Assembly: GCA_964016885.1 (NCBI GenBank)
Contig: OZ024745.1
Coordinates: 47,802,001-47,866,000 of the forward strand
From: Eledone cirrhosa
Lineage: Eukaryota
Length of the DNA: 64,000 nucleotides
Direction of reading: 5' to 3'
Shown here: positions 1-14,800 of the stretch, one piece after another
Layout of the letters: each line of letters starts with the position of its first letter
Position numbering within the stretch: the first letter of the stretch is position 1
The notes under the pieces: generated by a model
Told to the model about the DNA's origin: nothing
The model's input: only the letters and a program-made list of their open reading frames with translations
Database searches by the model: none
Program-made: the position numbers and the translations under genes

Positions 1-2820
1 CAAGTTATAGCTTTCCTCTAGCTGATGACAACAGTACTAGAAACGTTCTCTTGCAAGGTATAGCTTTCCTCTCCCTCATGACAACAGTACTAGAAACGTT
101 CTCTTGCAAGGTATAGCTTTCCTCTACCTCATGACAACAGTACTAGAAACGTTCTCTTGCAAGGTATAGCTTTCCTCTACCTCATGACAACAGTACTAGA
201 AACGTTCTCTTGCAAGGTATAGCTTTCTTCTAGCTCATGACAACGGTACTAGAAACGTTCTCTTGCAAGGTATAGCTTTCGTCTACCTCATGACAACAGT
301 ACTAGAAACGTTCTCTTGCAAGGTATAGCTTTCCTCTAGCTGATGACAACAGTACTAGAAACGTTCTCTTGCAAGGTATAGCTTTCCTCTAGCTGATGAC
401 AACAGTACTAGAAACGTTCTCTTGCAAGGTATAGCTTTCCTATATCTCATGACAACAGTACTAGAAACGTTCTCTTGCAAGGTATAGCTTTCCTCTAGCT
501 GATGACAACAGTACTAGAAACGTTCTCTTGCAAGGTATAGCTTTCCTCTAGCTGATGACAACAGTACTAGAAACGTTCTCTTGCAAGGTATAGCTTTCGT
601 CTAGCTCATGACAACAGTACTAGAAACGTTCTCTTGCAAGGTATAGCTTTCCTCTAGCTCATGACAACAGTACTAGAAACGTTCTCTTGCAAGGTATAGC
701 TTTCCTCTACCTCATCACAACAGTACTAGAAACGTTCTCTTGCAAGGTATAGCTTTCTTCTACCTCATGACAACAATACTAGAAACGTTCTCTTGCAAGG
801 TATAGCTTTCCTCTAGCTCATGACAACAGTACTAGAAACGTTCTCTTGCAAGGTATAGCTTTCATCTAGCTGATGACAAGAATACTAGAAACGTTCTCTT
901 GCAAGGTATAGCTTTCCTCTAGCTAATGACAACAGTACTAGAAACGTTCTCTTGCAAGGTATAGCTTTCCTCTAGCTGATGACAACAGTACTAGAAACGT
1001 TCTCTTGCAAGGTATAGCTTTTGTCTAGCTCATGACAACAGTACTAGAAACGTTCTCTTGCAAGGTATAGCTTTCCTCTACCTCATGACAACAGTACTAG
1101 AAACGTTCTCTTGCAAGGTATAGCTTTCCTCTAGCTCATGACAACAGTACTAGAAACCTTCTCTTGCAAGGTATAGCTTTCCTCTAGCTCATGACAACAG
1201 TACTAGAAACGTTCTCTTGCAAGTTATAGCTTTCCTCTACCTCATGACAACAGTACTAGAAACGTTCTCTTGCAAGGTATAGCTTTCCTCTAGCTGATGA
1301 CAACAGTACTAGAAACGTTCTCTTGCAAGGTATAGCTTTCCTCTCCCTCATGACAACAGTACTAGAAACGTTCTCTTGCAAGGTATAGCTTTCCTCTACC
1401 TCATGACAACAGTACTAGAAACGTTCTCTTGCAAGTTATAGCTTTCCTCTAGCTGATGACAACAGTACTAGAAACGTTCTCTTGCAAGGTATAGCTTTCC
1501 TCTATCTCATGACAACAGTACTAGAAACGTTCTCTTGCAAGGTATAGCTTTCCTCTAGCTGATGACAACAGTACTAGAAACGTTCTCTTGCAAGGTATAG
1601 CTTTCCTCTACCTCATCACAACAGTACTAGAAACGTTCTCTTGCAAGGTATAGCTTTCTTCTACCTCATGACAACAGTACTAGAAACGTTCTCTTGCAAG
1701 GTATAGCTTTCCTCTACCTCATGACAACAGTACTAGAAACGTTCTCTTGCAAGGTATAGCTTTCCTCTAGCTCATGACAACAATACTAGAAACGTTCTCT
1801 TGCAAGGTATAGCTTTCCTCTACCTCATCACAACAGTACTAGAAACGTTCTCTTGCAAGGTATAGCTTTCTTCTACCTCATGACAACAATACTAGAAACG
1901 TTCTCTTGCAAGGTATAGCTTTCCTCTAGCTCATGACAACAGTACTAGAAACGTTCTCTTGCAAGGTATAGCTTTCATCTAGCTGATGACAAGAATACTA
2001 GAAACGTTCTCTTGCAAGGTATAGCTTTCCTCTAGCTAATGACAACAGTACTAGAAACGTTCTCTTGCAAGGTATAGCTTTCCTCTAGCTGATGACAACA
2101 GTACTAGAAACGTTCTCTTGCAAGGTATAGCTTTTGTCTAGCTCATGACAACAGTACTAGAAACGTTCTCTTGCAAGGTATAGCTTTCCTCTACCTCATG
2201 ACAACAGTACTAGAAACGTTCTCTTGCAAGGTATAGCTTTCCTCTAGCTGATGACAACAGTACTAGAAACCTTCTCTTGCAAGGTATAGCTTTCCTCTAG
2301 CTCATGACAACAGTACTAGAAACGTTCTCTTGCAAGGTATAGCTTTCCTCTAGCTGATGACAACAGTACTAGAAACGTTCTCTTGCAAGGTATAGCTTTC
2401 CTCTCCCTCATGACAACAGTACTAGAAACGTTCTCTTGCAAGGTATAGCTTTCCTCTACCTCATGACAACAGTACTAGAAACGTTCTCTTGCAAGGTATA
2501 GCTTTCCTCTACCTCATGACAACAGTACTAGAAACGTTCTCTTGCAAGATACAGCTTTCCTCTCCCTCATGACAACAGTACTAGAAACGTTCTCTTGCAA
2601 GGTATAGCTTTCCTCTACCTCATGACAACAGTACTAGAAACGTTCTCTTGCAAGGTATAGCTTTCCTCTACCTCACGACAACAGTACTAGAAACGTTCTC
2701 TTGCAAAGTATAGCTTTCCTGTAGCTCATGACAACAGTACTAGAAACGTTCTCTTGTAAGGTATAGATTTCCTCTAGCTGATGACAACAGTACTAGAAAC
2801 GTTCTCTTGCAGGGTATAGC

Positions 2821-5800
2821 TTTCCTCTACCTCATCACAACAGTACTAGAAACGTTCTCTTGCAAGGTATAGCTTTCTTCTACCTCATGACAACAATACT
2901 AGAAACGTTCTCTTGCAAGGTATAGCTTTCCTCTAGCTCATGACAACAGTACTAGAAACGTTCTCTTGCAAGGTATAGCTTTCATCTAGCTGATGACAAG
3001 AATACTAGAAACGTTCTCTTGCAAGGTATAGCTTTCCTCTAGCTAATGACAACAGTACTAGAAACGTTCTCTTGCAAGGTATAGCTTTCCTCTAGCTGAT
3101 GACAACAGTACTAGAAACGTTCTCTTGCAAGGTATAGCTTTTGTCTAGCTCATGACAACAGTACTAGAAACGTTCTCTTGCAAGGTATAGCTTTCCTCTA
3201 CCTCATGACAACAGTACTAGAAACGTTCTCTTGCAAGGTATAGCTTTCCTCTAGCTGATGACAACAGTACTAGAAACCTTCTCTTGCAAGGTATAGCTTT
3301 CCTCTAGCTCATGACAACAGTACTAGAAACGTTCTCTTGCAAGTTATAGCTTTCCTCTAGCTGATGACAACAGTACTAGAAACGTTCTCTTGCAAGGTAT
3401 AGCTTTCCTCTCCCTCATGACAACAGTACTAGAAACGTTCTCTTGCAAGGTATAGCTTTCCTCTACCTCATGACAACAGTACTAGAAACGTTCTCTTGCA
3501 AGGTATAGCTTTCCTCTACCTCATGACAACAGTACTTGAAACGTTCTCTTGCAGGGTATAGCTTTCTTCTAGCTCATGACAACGGTACTAGAAACGTTCT
3601 CTTGCAAGGTATAGCTTTCGTCTACCTCATGACAACAGTACTAGAAACGTTCTCTTGCAAGGTATAGCTTTCCTCTAGCTGATGACAACAGTACTAGAAA
3701 CGTTCTCTTGCAAGGTATAGCTTTCCTCTAGCTGATGACAACAGTACTAGAAACGTTCTCTTGCAAGGTATAGCTTTCCTATATCTCATGACAACAGTAC
3801 TAGAAACGTTCTCTTGCAAGGTATAGCTTTCCTCTAGCTGATGACAACAGTACTAGAAACGTTCTCTTGCAAGGTATAGCTTTCCTCTAGCTGATGACAA
3901 CAGTACTAGAAACGTTCTCTTGCAAGGTATAGCTTTCGTCTAGCTCATGACAACAGTACTAGAAACGTTCTCTTGCAAGGTATAGCTTTCGTCTAGCTAA
4001 TGACAACAGTACTAGAAACGTTCTCTTGCAAGGTATAGCTTTCCTCTAGCTCATGACAACAGTACTAGAAACGTTCTCTTGCAAGGTATAGCTTTCCTCT
4101 ACCTCATCACAACAGTACTAGAAACGTTCTCTTGCAAGGTATAGCTTTCTTCTACCTCATGACAACAATACTAGAAACGTTCTCTTGCAAGGTATAGCTT
4201 TCCTCTAGCTCATGACAACAGTACTAGAAACGTTCTTTTGCAAGGTATAGCTTTCATCTAGCTGATGACAAGAATACTAGAAACGTTCTCTTGCAAGGTA
4301 TAGCTTTCCTCTAGCTAATGACAACAGTACTAGAAACGTTCTCTTGCAAGGTATAGCTTTCCTCTAGCTGATGACAACAGTACTAGAAACGTTCTCTTGC
4401 AAGGTATAGCTTTTGTCTAGCTCATGACAACAGTACTAGAAACGTTCTCTTGCAAGGTATAGCTTTCCTCTACCTCATGACAACAGTACTAGAAACGTTC
4501 TCTTGCAAGGTATAGCTTTCCTCTAGCTCATGACAACAGTACTAGAAACCTTCTCTTGCAAGGTATAGCTTTCCTCTAGCTCATGACAACAGTACTAGAA
4601 ACGTTCTCTTGCAAGTTATAGCTTTCCTCTACCTCATGACAACAGTACTAGAAACGTTCTCTTGCAAGGTATAGCTTTCCTCTAGCTGATGACAACAGTA
4701 CTAGAAACGTTCTCTTGCAAGGTATAGCTTTCCTCTCCCTCATGACAACAGTACTAGAAACGTTCTCTTGCAAGGTATAGCTTTCCTCTACCTCATGACA
4801 ACAGTACTAGAAACGTTCTCTTGCAAGTTATAGCTTTCCTCTAGCTGATGACAACAGTACTAGAAACGTTCTCTTGCAAGGTATAGCTTTCCTCTATCTC
4901 ATGACAACAGTACTAGAAACGTTCTCTTGCAAGGTATAGCTTTCCTCTAGCTGATGACAACAGTACTAGAAACGTTCTCTTGCAAGGTATAGCTTTCCTC
5001 TACCTCATCACAACAGTACTAGAAACGTTCTCTTGCAAGGTATAGCTTTCTTCTACCTCATGACAACAGTACTAGAAACGTTCTCTTGCAAGGTATAGCT
5101 TTCCTCTACCTCATGACAACAGTACTAGAAACGTTCTCTTGCAAGGTATAGCTTTCCTCTAGCTCATGACAACAATACTAGAAACGTTCTCTTGCAAGGT
5201 ATAGCTTTCCTCTACCTCATCACAACAGTACTAGAAACGTTCTCTTGCAAGGTATAGCTTTCTTCTACCTCATGACAACAATACTAGAAACGTTCTCTTG
5301 CAAGGTATAGCTTTCCTCTAGCTCATGACAACAGTACTAGAAACGTTCTCTTGCAAGGTATAGCTTTCATCTAGCTGATGACAAGAATACTAGAAACGTT
5401 CTCTTGCAAGGTATAGCTTTCCTCTAGCTAATGACAACAGTACTAGAAACGTTCTCTTGCAAGGTATAGCTTTCCTCTAGCTGATGACAACAGTACTAGA
5501 AACGTTCTCTTGCAAGGTATAGCTTTTGTCTAGCTCATGACAACAGTACTAGAAACGTTCTCTTGCAAGGTATAGCTTTCCTCTACCTCATGACAACAGT
5601 ACTAGAAACGTTCTCTTGCAAGGTATAGCTTTCCTCTAGCTGATGACAACAGTACTAGAAACCTTCTCTTGCAAGGTATAGCTTTCCTCTAGCTCATGAC
5701 AACAGTACTAGAAACGTTCTCTTGCAAGGTATAGCTTTCCTCTAGCTGATGACAACAGTACTAGAAACGTTCTCTTGCAAGGTATAGCTTTCCTCTCCCT

Positions 5801-8800
5801 CATGACAACAGTACTAGAAACGTTCTCTTGCAAGGTATAGCTTTCCTCTACCTCATGACAACAGTACTAGAAACGTTCTCTTGCAAGGTATAGCTTTCCT
5901 CTACCTCATGACAACAGTACTAGAAACGTTCTCTTGCAAGATACAGCTTTCCTCTCCCTCATGACAACAGTACTAGAAACGTTCTCTTGCAAGGTATAGC
6001 TTTCCTCTACCTCATGACAACAGTACTAGAAACGTTCTCTTGCAAGGTATAGCTTTCCTCTACCTCACGACAACAGTACTAGAAACGTTCTCTTGCAAAG
6101 TATAGCTTTCCTGTAGCTCATGACAACAGTACTAGAAACGTTCTCTTGTAAGGTATAGATTTCCTCTAGCTGATGACAACAGTACTAGAAACGTTCTCTT
6201 GCAGGGTATAGCTTTCCTCTAGCTGATGACAACAGTACCAGAAACGTTCTCTTGCAAGGTATAGCTTTCCTCTACCTCATGACAACAGTACTAGAAACGT
6301 TCTCTTGCAAGGTATCGCTTTCCTCTAGCTCATGACAACAATACTAGAAACGTTCTCTTGCAAGGTATAGCTTTCCTCTACCTCATGACAACAGTACTAG
6401 AAACGTTCTCTTGCAAGGTATAGCTTTCTTCTACCTCATGACAACAATACTAGAAACGTTCTCTTGCAAGGTATAGCTTTCCTCTAGCTCATGACAACAG
6501 TACTAGAAACGTTCTCTTGCAAGGTATAGCTTTCCTCTAGCTGATGACAAGAATACTAGAAACGTTCTCTTGCAAGGTATAGCTTTCCTCTAGCTGATGA
6601 CAACAGTACTAGAAACGTTCTCTTGCAAGGTATAGCTTTCCTCTCCCTCATGACAACAGTACTAGAAACGTTCTCTTGCTTGCAAGGTATAGCTTTCCTC
6701 TACCTCATGACAACAGTACTAGAAACGTTCTCTTGCAAGGTATAGCTTTCCTCTAGCTGATGACAACAGTACTAGAAACGTTCTCTTGCAAGGTATAGCT
6801 TTCCTCTAGCTCATGACAACAGTACTAGAAACGTTCTCTTGCAAGGTATAGCTTTCCTATACCTCATGACAACAGTACTAGAAACGTTCTCTTGCAAGGT
6901 ATAGCTTTCCTCTAGCTGATGACAACAGTACTAGAAACGTTCTCTTGCAAGGTATAGCTTTCCTCTACCTCATGACAACAGTACTAGAAACGTTCTCTTG
7001 CAAGGTATAGCTTTCCTCTAGCTCATGACGACAATACTAGAAACGTTCTCTTGCAAGGTATAGCTTTCCTCTACCTCATGACAACAGTACTAGAAACGTT
7101 CTCTTGCAAGGTATAGCTTTCCTCTACCTCATGACAACAATACTAGAAACGTTCTCTTGCAAGGTATAGCTCTCCTCTAGCTCATGACAACAGTACTAGA
7201 AACGTTCTCTTGCAAGGTATAGCTTTCCTCTAGCTGATGACAAGAATACTAGAAACGTTCTCTTGCAAGGTATAGCTTTCCTCTAGCTGATGACAACAGT
7301 ACTAGAAACGTTCTCTTGCAAGGTATAGCTTTCCTCTAGCTGATGACAACAGTACTAGAAACGTTCTCTTGCAAGGTATAGCTTTCCTCTAGCTCATGAC
7401 GACAATACTAGAAACGTTCTCTTGCAAGGTATAGCTTTCCTCTATTTCATGACAACAATACTAGAAACGTTCTCATGCAAGGTATAGCTTTCCTCTACCT
7501 CATGACAACAGTACTAGAAACGTTCTCTTGCAAGGTATAGCTTTCCTCTAGCTCATGACAACAGTACTAGAAACGTTCTCTTGCAAGGTATAGCTTTCCT
7601 CTACCTCATGACAACAGTACTAGAAACGTTCTCTTGCAAGGTATAGCTTTCCTCTAGCTGATGACAACAGTACTAGAAACGTTCTCTTGCAAGGTATAGC
7701 TTTCCTCTCCCTCATGACAACAGTACTAGAAACGTTCTCTTGCTTGCAAGGTATAGCTTTCCTCTACCTCATGACAACAGTACTAGAAACGTTCTCTTGC
7801 AAGGTATAGCTTTCCTCTAGCTGATGACAACAGTACTAGAAACGTTCTCTTGCAAGGTATAGCTTTCCTCTAGCTCATGACAACAGTACTAGAAACGTTC
7901 TCTTGCAAGGTATAGCTTTCCTATACCTCATGACAACAGTACTAGAAACGTTCTCTTGCAAGGTATAGCTTTCCTCTAGCTGATGACAACAGTACTAGAA
8001 ACGTTCTCTTGCAAGGTATAGCTTTCCTCTACCTCATGACAACAGTACTAGAAACGTTCTCTTGCAAGGTATAGCTTTCCTCTAGCTCATGACAACAATA
8101 CTAGAAACGTTCTCTTGCAAGGTATAGCTTTCCTCTACCTCATCACAACAGTACTAGAAACGTTCTCTTGCAAGGTATAGCTTTCTTCTACCTCATGACA
8201 ACAATACTAGAAACGTTCTCTTGCAAGGTATAGCTTTCCTCTAGCTCATGACAACAGTACTAGAAACTTCTCTTGCAAGGTATAGCTTTCATCTAGCTGA
8301 TGACAAGAATACTAGAAACGTTCTCTTGCAAGGTATAGCTTTCCTCTAGCTAATGACAACAGTACTAGAAACGTTCTCTTGCAAGGTATAGCTTTCCTCT
8401 AGCTGATGACAACAGTACTAGAAACGTTCTCTTGCAAGGTATAGCTTTTGTCTAGCTCATGACAACAGTACTAGAAACGTTCTCTTGCAAGGTATAGCTT
8501 TCCTCTACCTCATGACAACAGTACTAGAAACGTTCTCTTGCAAGGTATAGCTTTCCTCTAGCTCATGACAACAGTACTAGAAACCTTCTCTTGCAAGGTA
8601 TAGCTTTCCTCTAGCTCATGACAACAGTACTAGAAACGTTCTCTTGCAAGTTATAGCTTTCCTCTACCTCATGACAACAGTACTAGAAACGTTCTCTTGC
8701 AAGGTATAGCTTTCCTCTAGCTGATGACAACAGTACTAGAAACGTTCTCTTGCAAGGTATAGCTTTCCTCTCCCTCATGACAACAGTACTAGAAACGTTC

Positions 8801-11800
8801 TCTTGCAAGGTATAGCTTTCCTCTACCTCATGACAACAGTACTAGAAACGTTCTCTTGCAAGGTATAGCTTTCCTCTAGCTGATGACAACAGTACTAGAA
8901 ACGTTCTCTTGCAAGGTATAGCTTTCCTCTATCTCATGACAACAGTACTAGAAACGTTCTCTTGCAAGGTATAGCTTTCCTCTAGCTGATGACAACAGTA
9001 CTAGAAACGTTCTCTTGCAAGGTATAGCTTTCCTCTACCTCATCACAACAGTACTAGAAACGTTCTCTTGCAAGGTATAGCTTTCTTCTACCTCATGACA
9101 ACAGTACTAGAAACGTTCTCTTGCAAGGTATAGCTTTCCTCTACCTCATGACAACAGTACTAGAAACGTTCTCTTGCAAGGTATAGCTTTCCTCTAGCTC
9201 ATGACAACAATACTAGAAACGTTCTCTTGCAAGGTATAGCTTTCCTCTACCTCATCACAACACTACTAGAAACGTTCTCTTGCAAGGTATAGCTTTCTTC
9301 TACCTCATGACAACAATACTAGAAACGTTCTCTTGCAAGGTATAGCTTTCCTCTAGCTCATGACAACAGTACTAGAAACGTTCTCTTGCAAGGTATAGCT
9401 TTCATCTAGCTGATGACAAGAATACTAGAAACGTTCTCTTGCAAGGTATAGCTTTCCTCTAGCTAATGACAACAGTACTAGAAACGTTCTCTTGCAAGGT
9501 ATAGCTTTCCTCTAGCTGATGACAACAGTACTAGAAACGTTCTCTTGCAAGGTATAGCTTTTGTCTAGCTCATGACAACAGTACTAGAAACGTTCTCTTG
9601 CAAGGTATAGCTTTCCTCTACCTCATGACAACAGTACTAGAAACGTTCTCTTGCAAGGTATAGCTTTCCTCTAGCTGATGACAACAGTACTAGAAACCTT
9701 CTCTTGCAAGGTATAGCTTTCCTATACCTCATGACAACAGTACTAGAAACGTTCTCTTGCAAGGTATAGCTTTCCTCTAGCTGATGACAACAGTACTAGA
9801 AACGTTCTCTTGCAAGGTATAGCTTTCCTCTACCTCATGACAACAGTACTAGAAACGTTCTCTTGCAAGGTATAGCTTTCCTCTAGCTCATGACAACAAT
9901 ACTAGAAACGTTCTCTTGCAAGGTATAGCTTTCCTCTACCTCATCACAACAGTACTAGAAACGTTCTCTTGCAAGGTATAGCTTTCTTCTACCTCATGAC
10001 AACAATACTAGAAACGTTCTCTTGCAAGGTATAGCTTTCCTCTAGCTCATGACAACAGTACTAGAAACTTCTCTTGCAAGGTATAGCTTTCATCTAGCTG
10101 ATGACAAGAATACTAGAAACGTTCTCTTGCAAGGTATAGCTTTCCTCTAGCTAATGACAACAGTACTAGAAACGTTCTCTTGCAAGGTATAGCTTTCCTC
10201 TAGCTGATGACAACAGTACTAGAAACGTTCTCTTGCAAGGTATAGCTTTTGTCTAGCTCATGACAACAGTACTAGAAACGTTCTCTTGCAAGGTATAGCT
10301 TTCCTCTACCTCATGACAACAGTACTAGAAACGTTCTCTTGCAAGGTATAGCTTTCCTCTAGCTCATGACAACAGTACTAGAAACCTTCTCTTGCAAGGT
10401 ATAGCTTTCCTCTAGCTCATGACAACAGTACTAGAAACGTTCTCTTGCAAGTTATAGCTTTCCTCTACCTCATGACAACAGTACTAGAAACGTTCTCTTG
10501 CAAGGTATAGCTTTCCTCTAGCTGATGACAACAGTACTAGAAACGTTCTCTTGCAAGGTATAGCTTTCCTCTCCCTCATGACAACAGTACTAGAAACGTT
10601 CTCTTGCAAGGTATAGCTTTCCTCTACCTCATGACAACAGTACTAGAAACGTTCTCTTGCAAGGTATAGCTTTCCTCTAGCTGATGACAACAGTACTAGA
10701 AACGTTCTCTTGCAAGGTATAGCTTTCCTCTATCTCATGACAACAGTACTAGAAACGTTCTCTTGCAAGGTATAGCTTTCCTCTAGCTGATGACAACAGT
10801 ACTAGAAACGTTCTCTTGCAAGGTATAGCTTTCCTCTACCTCATCACAACAGTACTAGAAACGTTCTCTTGCAAGGTATAGCTTTCTTCTACCTCATGAC
10901 AACAGTACTAGAAACGTTCTCTTGCAAGGTATAGCTTTCCTCTACCTCATGACAACAGTACTAGAAACGTTCTCTTGCAAGGTATAGCTTTCCTCTAGCT
11001 CATGACAACAATACTAGAAACGTTCTCTTGCAAGGTATAGCTTTCCTCTACCTCATCACAACAGTACTAGAAACGTTCTCTTGCAAGGTATAGCTTTCTT
11101 CTACCTCATGACAACAATACTAGAAACGTTCTCTTGCAAGGTATAGCTTTCCTCTAGCTCATGACAACAGTACTAGAAACGTTCTCTTGCAAGGTATAGC
11201 TTTCATCTAGCTGATGACAAGAATACTAGAAACGTTCTCTTGCAAGGTATAGCTTTCCTCTAGCTAATGACAACAGTACTAGAAACGTTCTCTTGCAAGG
11301 TATAGCTTTCCTCTAGCTGATGACAACAGTACTAGAAACGTTCTCTTGCAAGGTATAGCTTTTGTCTAGCTCATGACAACAGTACTAGAAACGTTCTCTT
11401 GCAAGGTATAGCTTTCCTCTACCTCATGACAACAGTACTAGAAACGTTCTCTTGCAAGGTATAGCTTTCCTCTAGCTGATGACAACAGTACTAGAAACCT
11501 TCTCTTGCAAGGTATAGCTTTCCTCTAGCTCATGACAACAGTACTAGAAACGTTCTCTTGCAAGTTATAGCTTTCCTCTAGCTGATGACAACAGTACTAG
11601 AAACGTTCTCTTGCAAGGTATAGCTTTCCTCTCCCTCATGACAACAGTACTAGAAACGTTCTCTTGCAAGGTATAGCTTTCCTCTACCTCATGACAACAG
11701 TACTAGAAACGTTCTCTTGCAAGGTATAGCTTTCCTCTACCTCATGACAACAGTACTAGAAACGTTCTCTTGCAAGGTATAGCTTTCTTCTAGCTCATGA

Positions 11801-14800
11801 CAACGGTACTAGAAACGTTCTCTTGCAAGGTATAGCTTTCGTCTACCTCATGACAACAGTACTAGAAACGTTCTCTTGCAAGGTATAGCTTTCCTCTAGC
11901 TGATGACAACAGTACTAGAAACGTTCTCTTGCAAGGTATAGCTTTCCTCTAGCTGATGACAACAGTACTAGAAACGTTCTCTTGCAAGGTATAGCTTTCC
12001 TATATCTCATGACAACAGTACTAGAAACGTTCTCTTGCAAGGTATAGCTTTCCTCTAGCTGATGACAACAGTACTAGAAACGTTCTCTTGCAAGGTATAG
12101 CTTTCCTCTAGCTGATGACAACAGTACTAGAAACGTTCTCTTGCAAGGTATAGCTTTCGTCTAGCTCATGACAACAGTACTAGAAACGTTCTCTTGCAAG
12201 GTATAGCTTTCGTCTAGCTAATGACAACAGTACTAGAAACGTTCTCTTGCAAGGTATAGCTTTCCTCTAGCTCATGACAACAGTACTAGAAACGTTCTCT
12301 TGCAAGGTATAGCTTTCCTCTACCTCATCACAACAGTACTAGAAACGTTCTCTTGCAAGGTATAGCTTTCTTCTACCTCATGACAACAATACTAGAAACG
12401 TTCTCTTGCAAGGTATAGCTTTCCTCTAGCTCATGACAACAGTACTAGAAACGTTCTCTTGCAAGGTATAGCTTTCATCTAGCTGATGACAAGAATACTA
12501 GAAACGTTCTCTTGCAAGGTATAGCTTTCCTCTAGCTAATGACAACAGTACTAGAAACGTTCTCTTGCAAGGTATAGCTTTCCTCTAGCTGATGACAACA
12601 GTACTAGAAACGTTCTCTTGCAAGGTATAGCTTTTGTCTAGCTCATGACAACAGTACTAGAAACGTTCTCTTGCAAGGTATAGCTTTCCTCTACCTCATG
12701 ACAACAGTACTAGAAACGTTCTCTTGCAAGGTATAGCTTTCCTCTAGCTCATGACAACAGTACTAGAAACCTTCTCTTGCAAGGTATAGCTTTCCTCTAG
12801 CTCATGACAACAGTACTAGAAACGTTCTCTTGCAAGTTATAGCTTTCCTCTACCTCATGACAACAGTACTAGAAACGTTCTCTTGCAAGGTATAGCTTTC
12901 CTCTAGCTGATGACAACAGTACTAGAAACGTTCTCTTGCAAGGTATAGCTTTCCTCTCCCTCATGACAACAGTACTAGAAACGTTCTCTTGCAAGGTATA
13001 GCTTTCCTCTACCTCATGACAACAGTACTAGAAACGTTCTCTTGCAAGTTATAGCTTTCCTCTAGCTGATGACAACAGTACTAGAAACGTTCTCTTGCAA
13101 GGTATAGCTTTCCTCTATCTCATGACAACAGTACTAGAAACGTTCTCTTGCAAGGTATAGCTTTCCTCTAGCTGATGACAACAGTACTAGAAACGTTCTC
13201 TTGCAAGGTATAGCTTTCCTCTACCTCATCACAACAGTACTAGAAACGTTCTCTTGCAAGGTATAGCTTTCTTCTACCTCATGACAACAGTACTAGAAAC
13301 GTTCTCTTGCAAGGTATAGCTTTCCTCTACCTCATGACAACAGTACTAGAAACGTTCTCTTGCAAGGTATAGCTTTCCTCTAGCTCATGACAACAATACT
13401 AGAAACGTTCTCTTGCAAGGTATAGCTTTCCTCTACCTCATCACAACAGTACTAGAAACGTTCTCTTGCAAGGTATAGCTTTCTTCTACCTCATGACAAC
13501 AATACTAGAAACGTTCTCTTGCAAGGTATAGCTTTCCTCTAGCTCATGACAACAGTACTAGAAACGTTCTCTTGCAAGGTATAGCTTTCATCTAGCTGAT
13601 GACAAGAATACTAGAAACGTTCTCTTGCAAGGTATAGCTTTCCTCTAGCTAATGACAACAGTACTAGAAACGTTCTCTTGCAAGGTATAGCTTTCCTCTA
13701 GCTGATGACAACAGTACTAGAAACGTTCTCTTGCAAGGTATAGCTTTTGTCTAGCTCATGACAACAGTACTAGAAACGTTCTCTTGCAAGGTATAGCTTT
13801 CCTCTACCTCATGACAACAGTACTAGAAACGTTCTCTTGCAAGGTATAGCTTTCCTCTAGCTGATGACAACAGTACTAGAAACCTTCTCTTGCAAGGTAT
13901 AGCTTTCCTCTAGCTCATGACAACAGTACTAGAAACGTTCTCTTGCAAGGTATAGCTTTCCTCTAGCTGATGACAACAGTACTAGAAACGTTCTCTTGCA
14001 AGGTATAGCTTTCCTCTCCCTCATGACAACAGTACTAGAAACGTTCTCTTGCAAGGTATAGCTTTCCTCTACCTCATGACAACAGTACTAGAAACGTTCT
14101 CTTGCAAGGTTTAGCTTTCCTCTACCTCATGACAACAGTACTAGAAACGTTCTCTTGCAAGATACAGCTTTCCTCTCCCTCATGACAACAGTACTAGAAA
14201 CGTTCTCTTGCAAGGTATAGCTTTCCTCTACCTCATGACAACAGTACTAGAAACGTTCTCTTGCAAGGTATAGCTTTCCTCTACCTCACGACAACAGTAC
14301 TAGAAACGTTCTCTTGCAAAGTATAGCTTTCCTGTAGCTCATGACAACAGTACTAGAAACGTTCTCTTGTAAGGTATAGATTTCCTCTAGCTGATGACAA
14401 CAGTACTAGAAACGTTCTCTTGCAGGGTATAGCTTTCCTCTAGCTGATGACAACAGTACCAGAAACGTTCTCTTGCAAGGTATAGCTTTCCTCTACCTCA
14501 TGACAACAGTACTAGAAACGTTCTCTTGCAAGATATCGCTTTCCTCTAGCTCATGACAACAATACTAGAAACGTTCTCTTGCAAGGTATAGCTTTCCTCT
14601 ACCTCATGACAACAGTACTAGAAACGTTCTCTTGCAAGGTATAGCTTTCTTCTACCTCATGACAACAATACTAGAAACGTTCTCTTGCAAGGTATAGCTT
14701 TCCTCTAGCTCATGACAACAGTACTAGAAACGTTCTCTTGCAAGGTATAGCTTTCCTCTAGCTGATGACAAGAATACTAGAAACGTTCTCTTGCAAGGTA

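Noticed and set aside
37-50. Heat-shock-element-like CTAGAAACGTTCTC
   Set aside because: A canonical HSE needs GAAnnTTC in three or more alternating nGAAn units. Here the spacing is 3 bp. Only the two deletion monomers (8261, 10062) have 2-bp spacing, and they have just two units.
8-54. Internal ~11-bp sub-repeat origin of the monomer (TAGCTTTCCTC / TAGCTCATGAC; TTCCTCTAGC vs TTCTCTTGC)
   Set aside because: Similarity is limited to short words and cannot be told from chance by eye.
25-63. Micro-ORF ATG ACA ACA GTA CTA GAA ACG TTC TCT TGC AAG GTA TAG (MTTVLETFSCKV) repeated in most monomers
   Set aside because: Twelve codons is expected by chance. There are no expression signals, and the start is lost in the common ATC and ACG variants. 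It does overlap the conserved part of the monomer, so Ribo-seq would be the only real test.
2721-2757. Co-variation of CCTGTAG (18G) with downstream CTTGTAAG as compensatory base pairing
   Set aside because: The changes are not complementary, and 18G often occurs without the second change (e.g. ~20490, ~33160). Shared descent explains the linkage.
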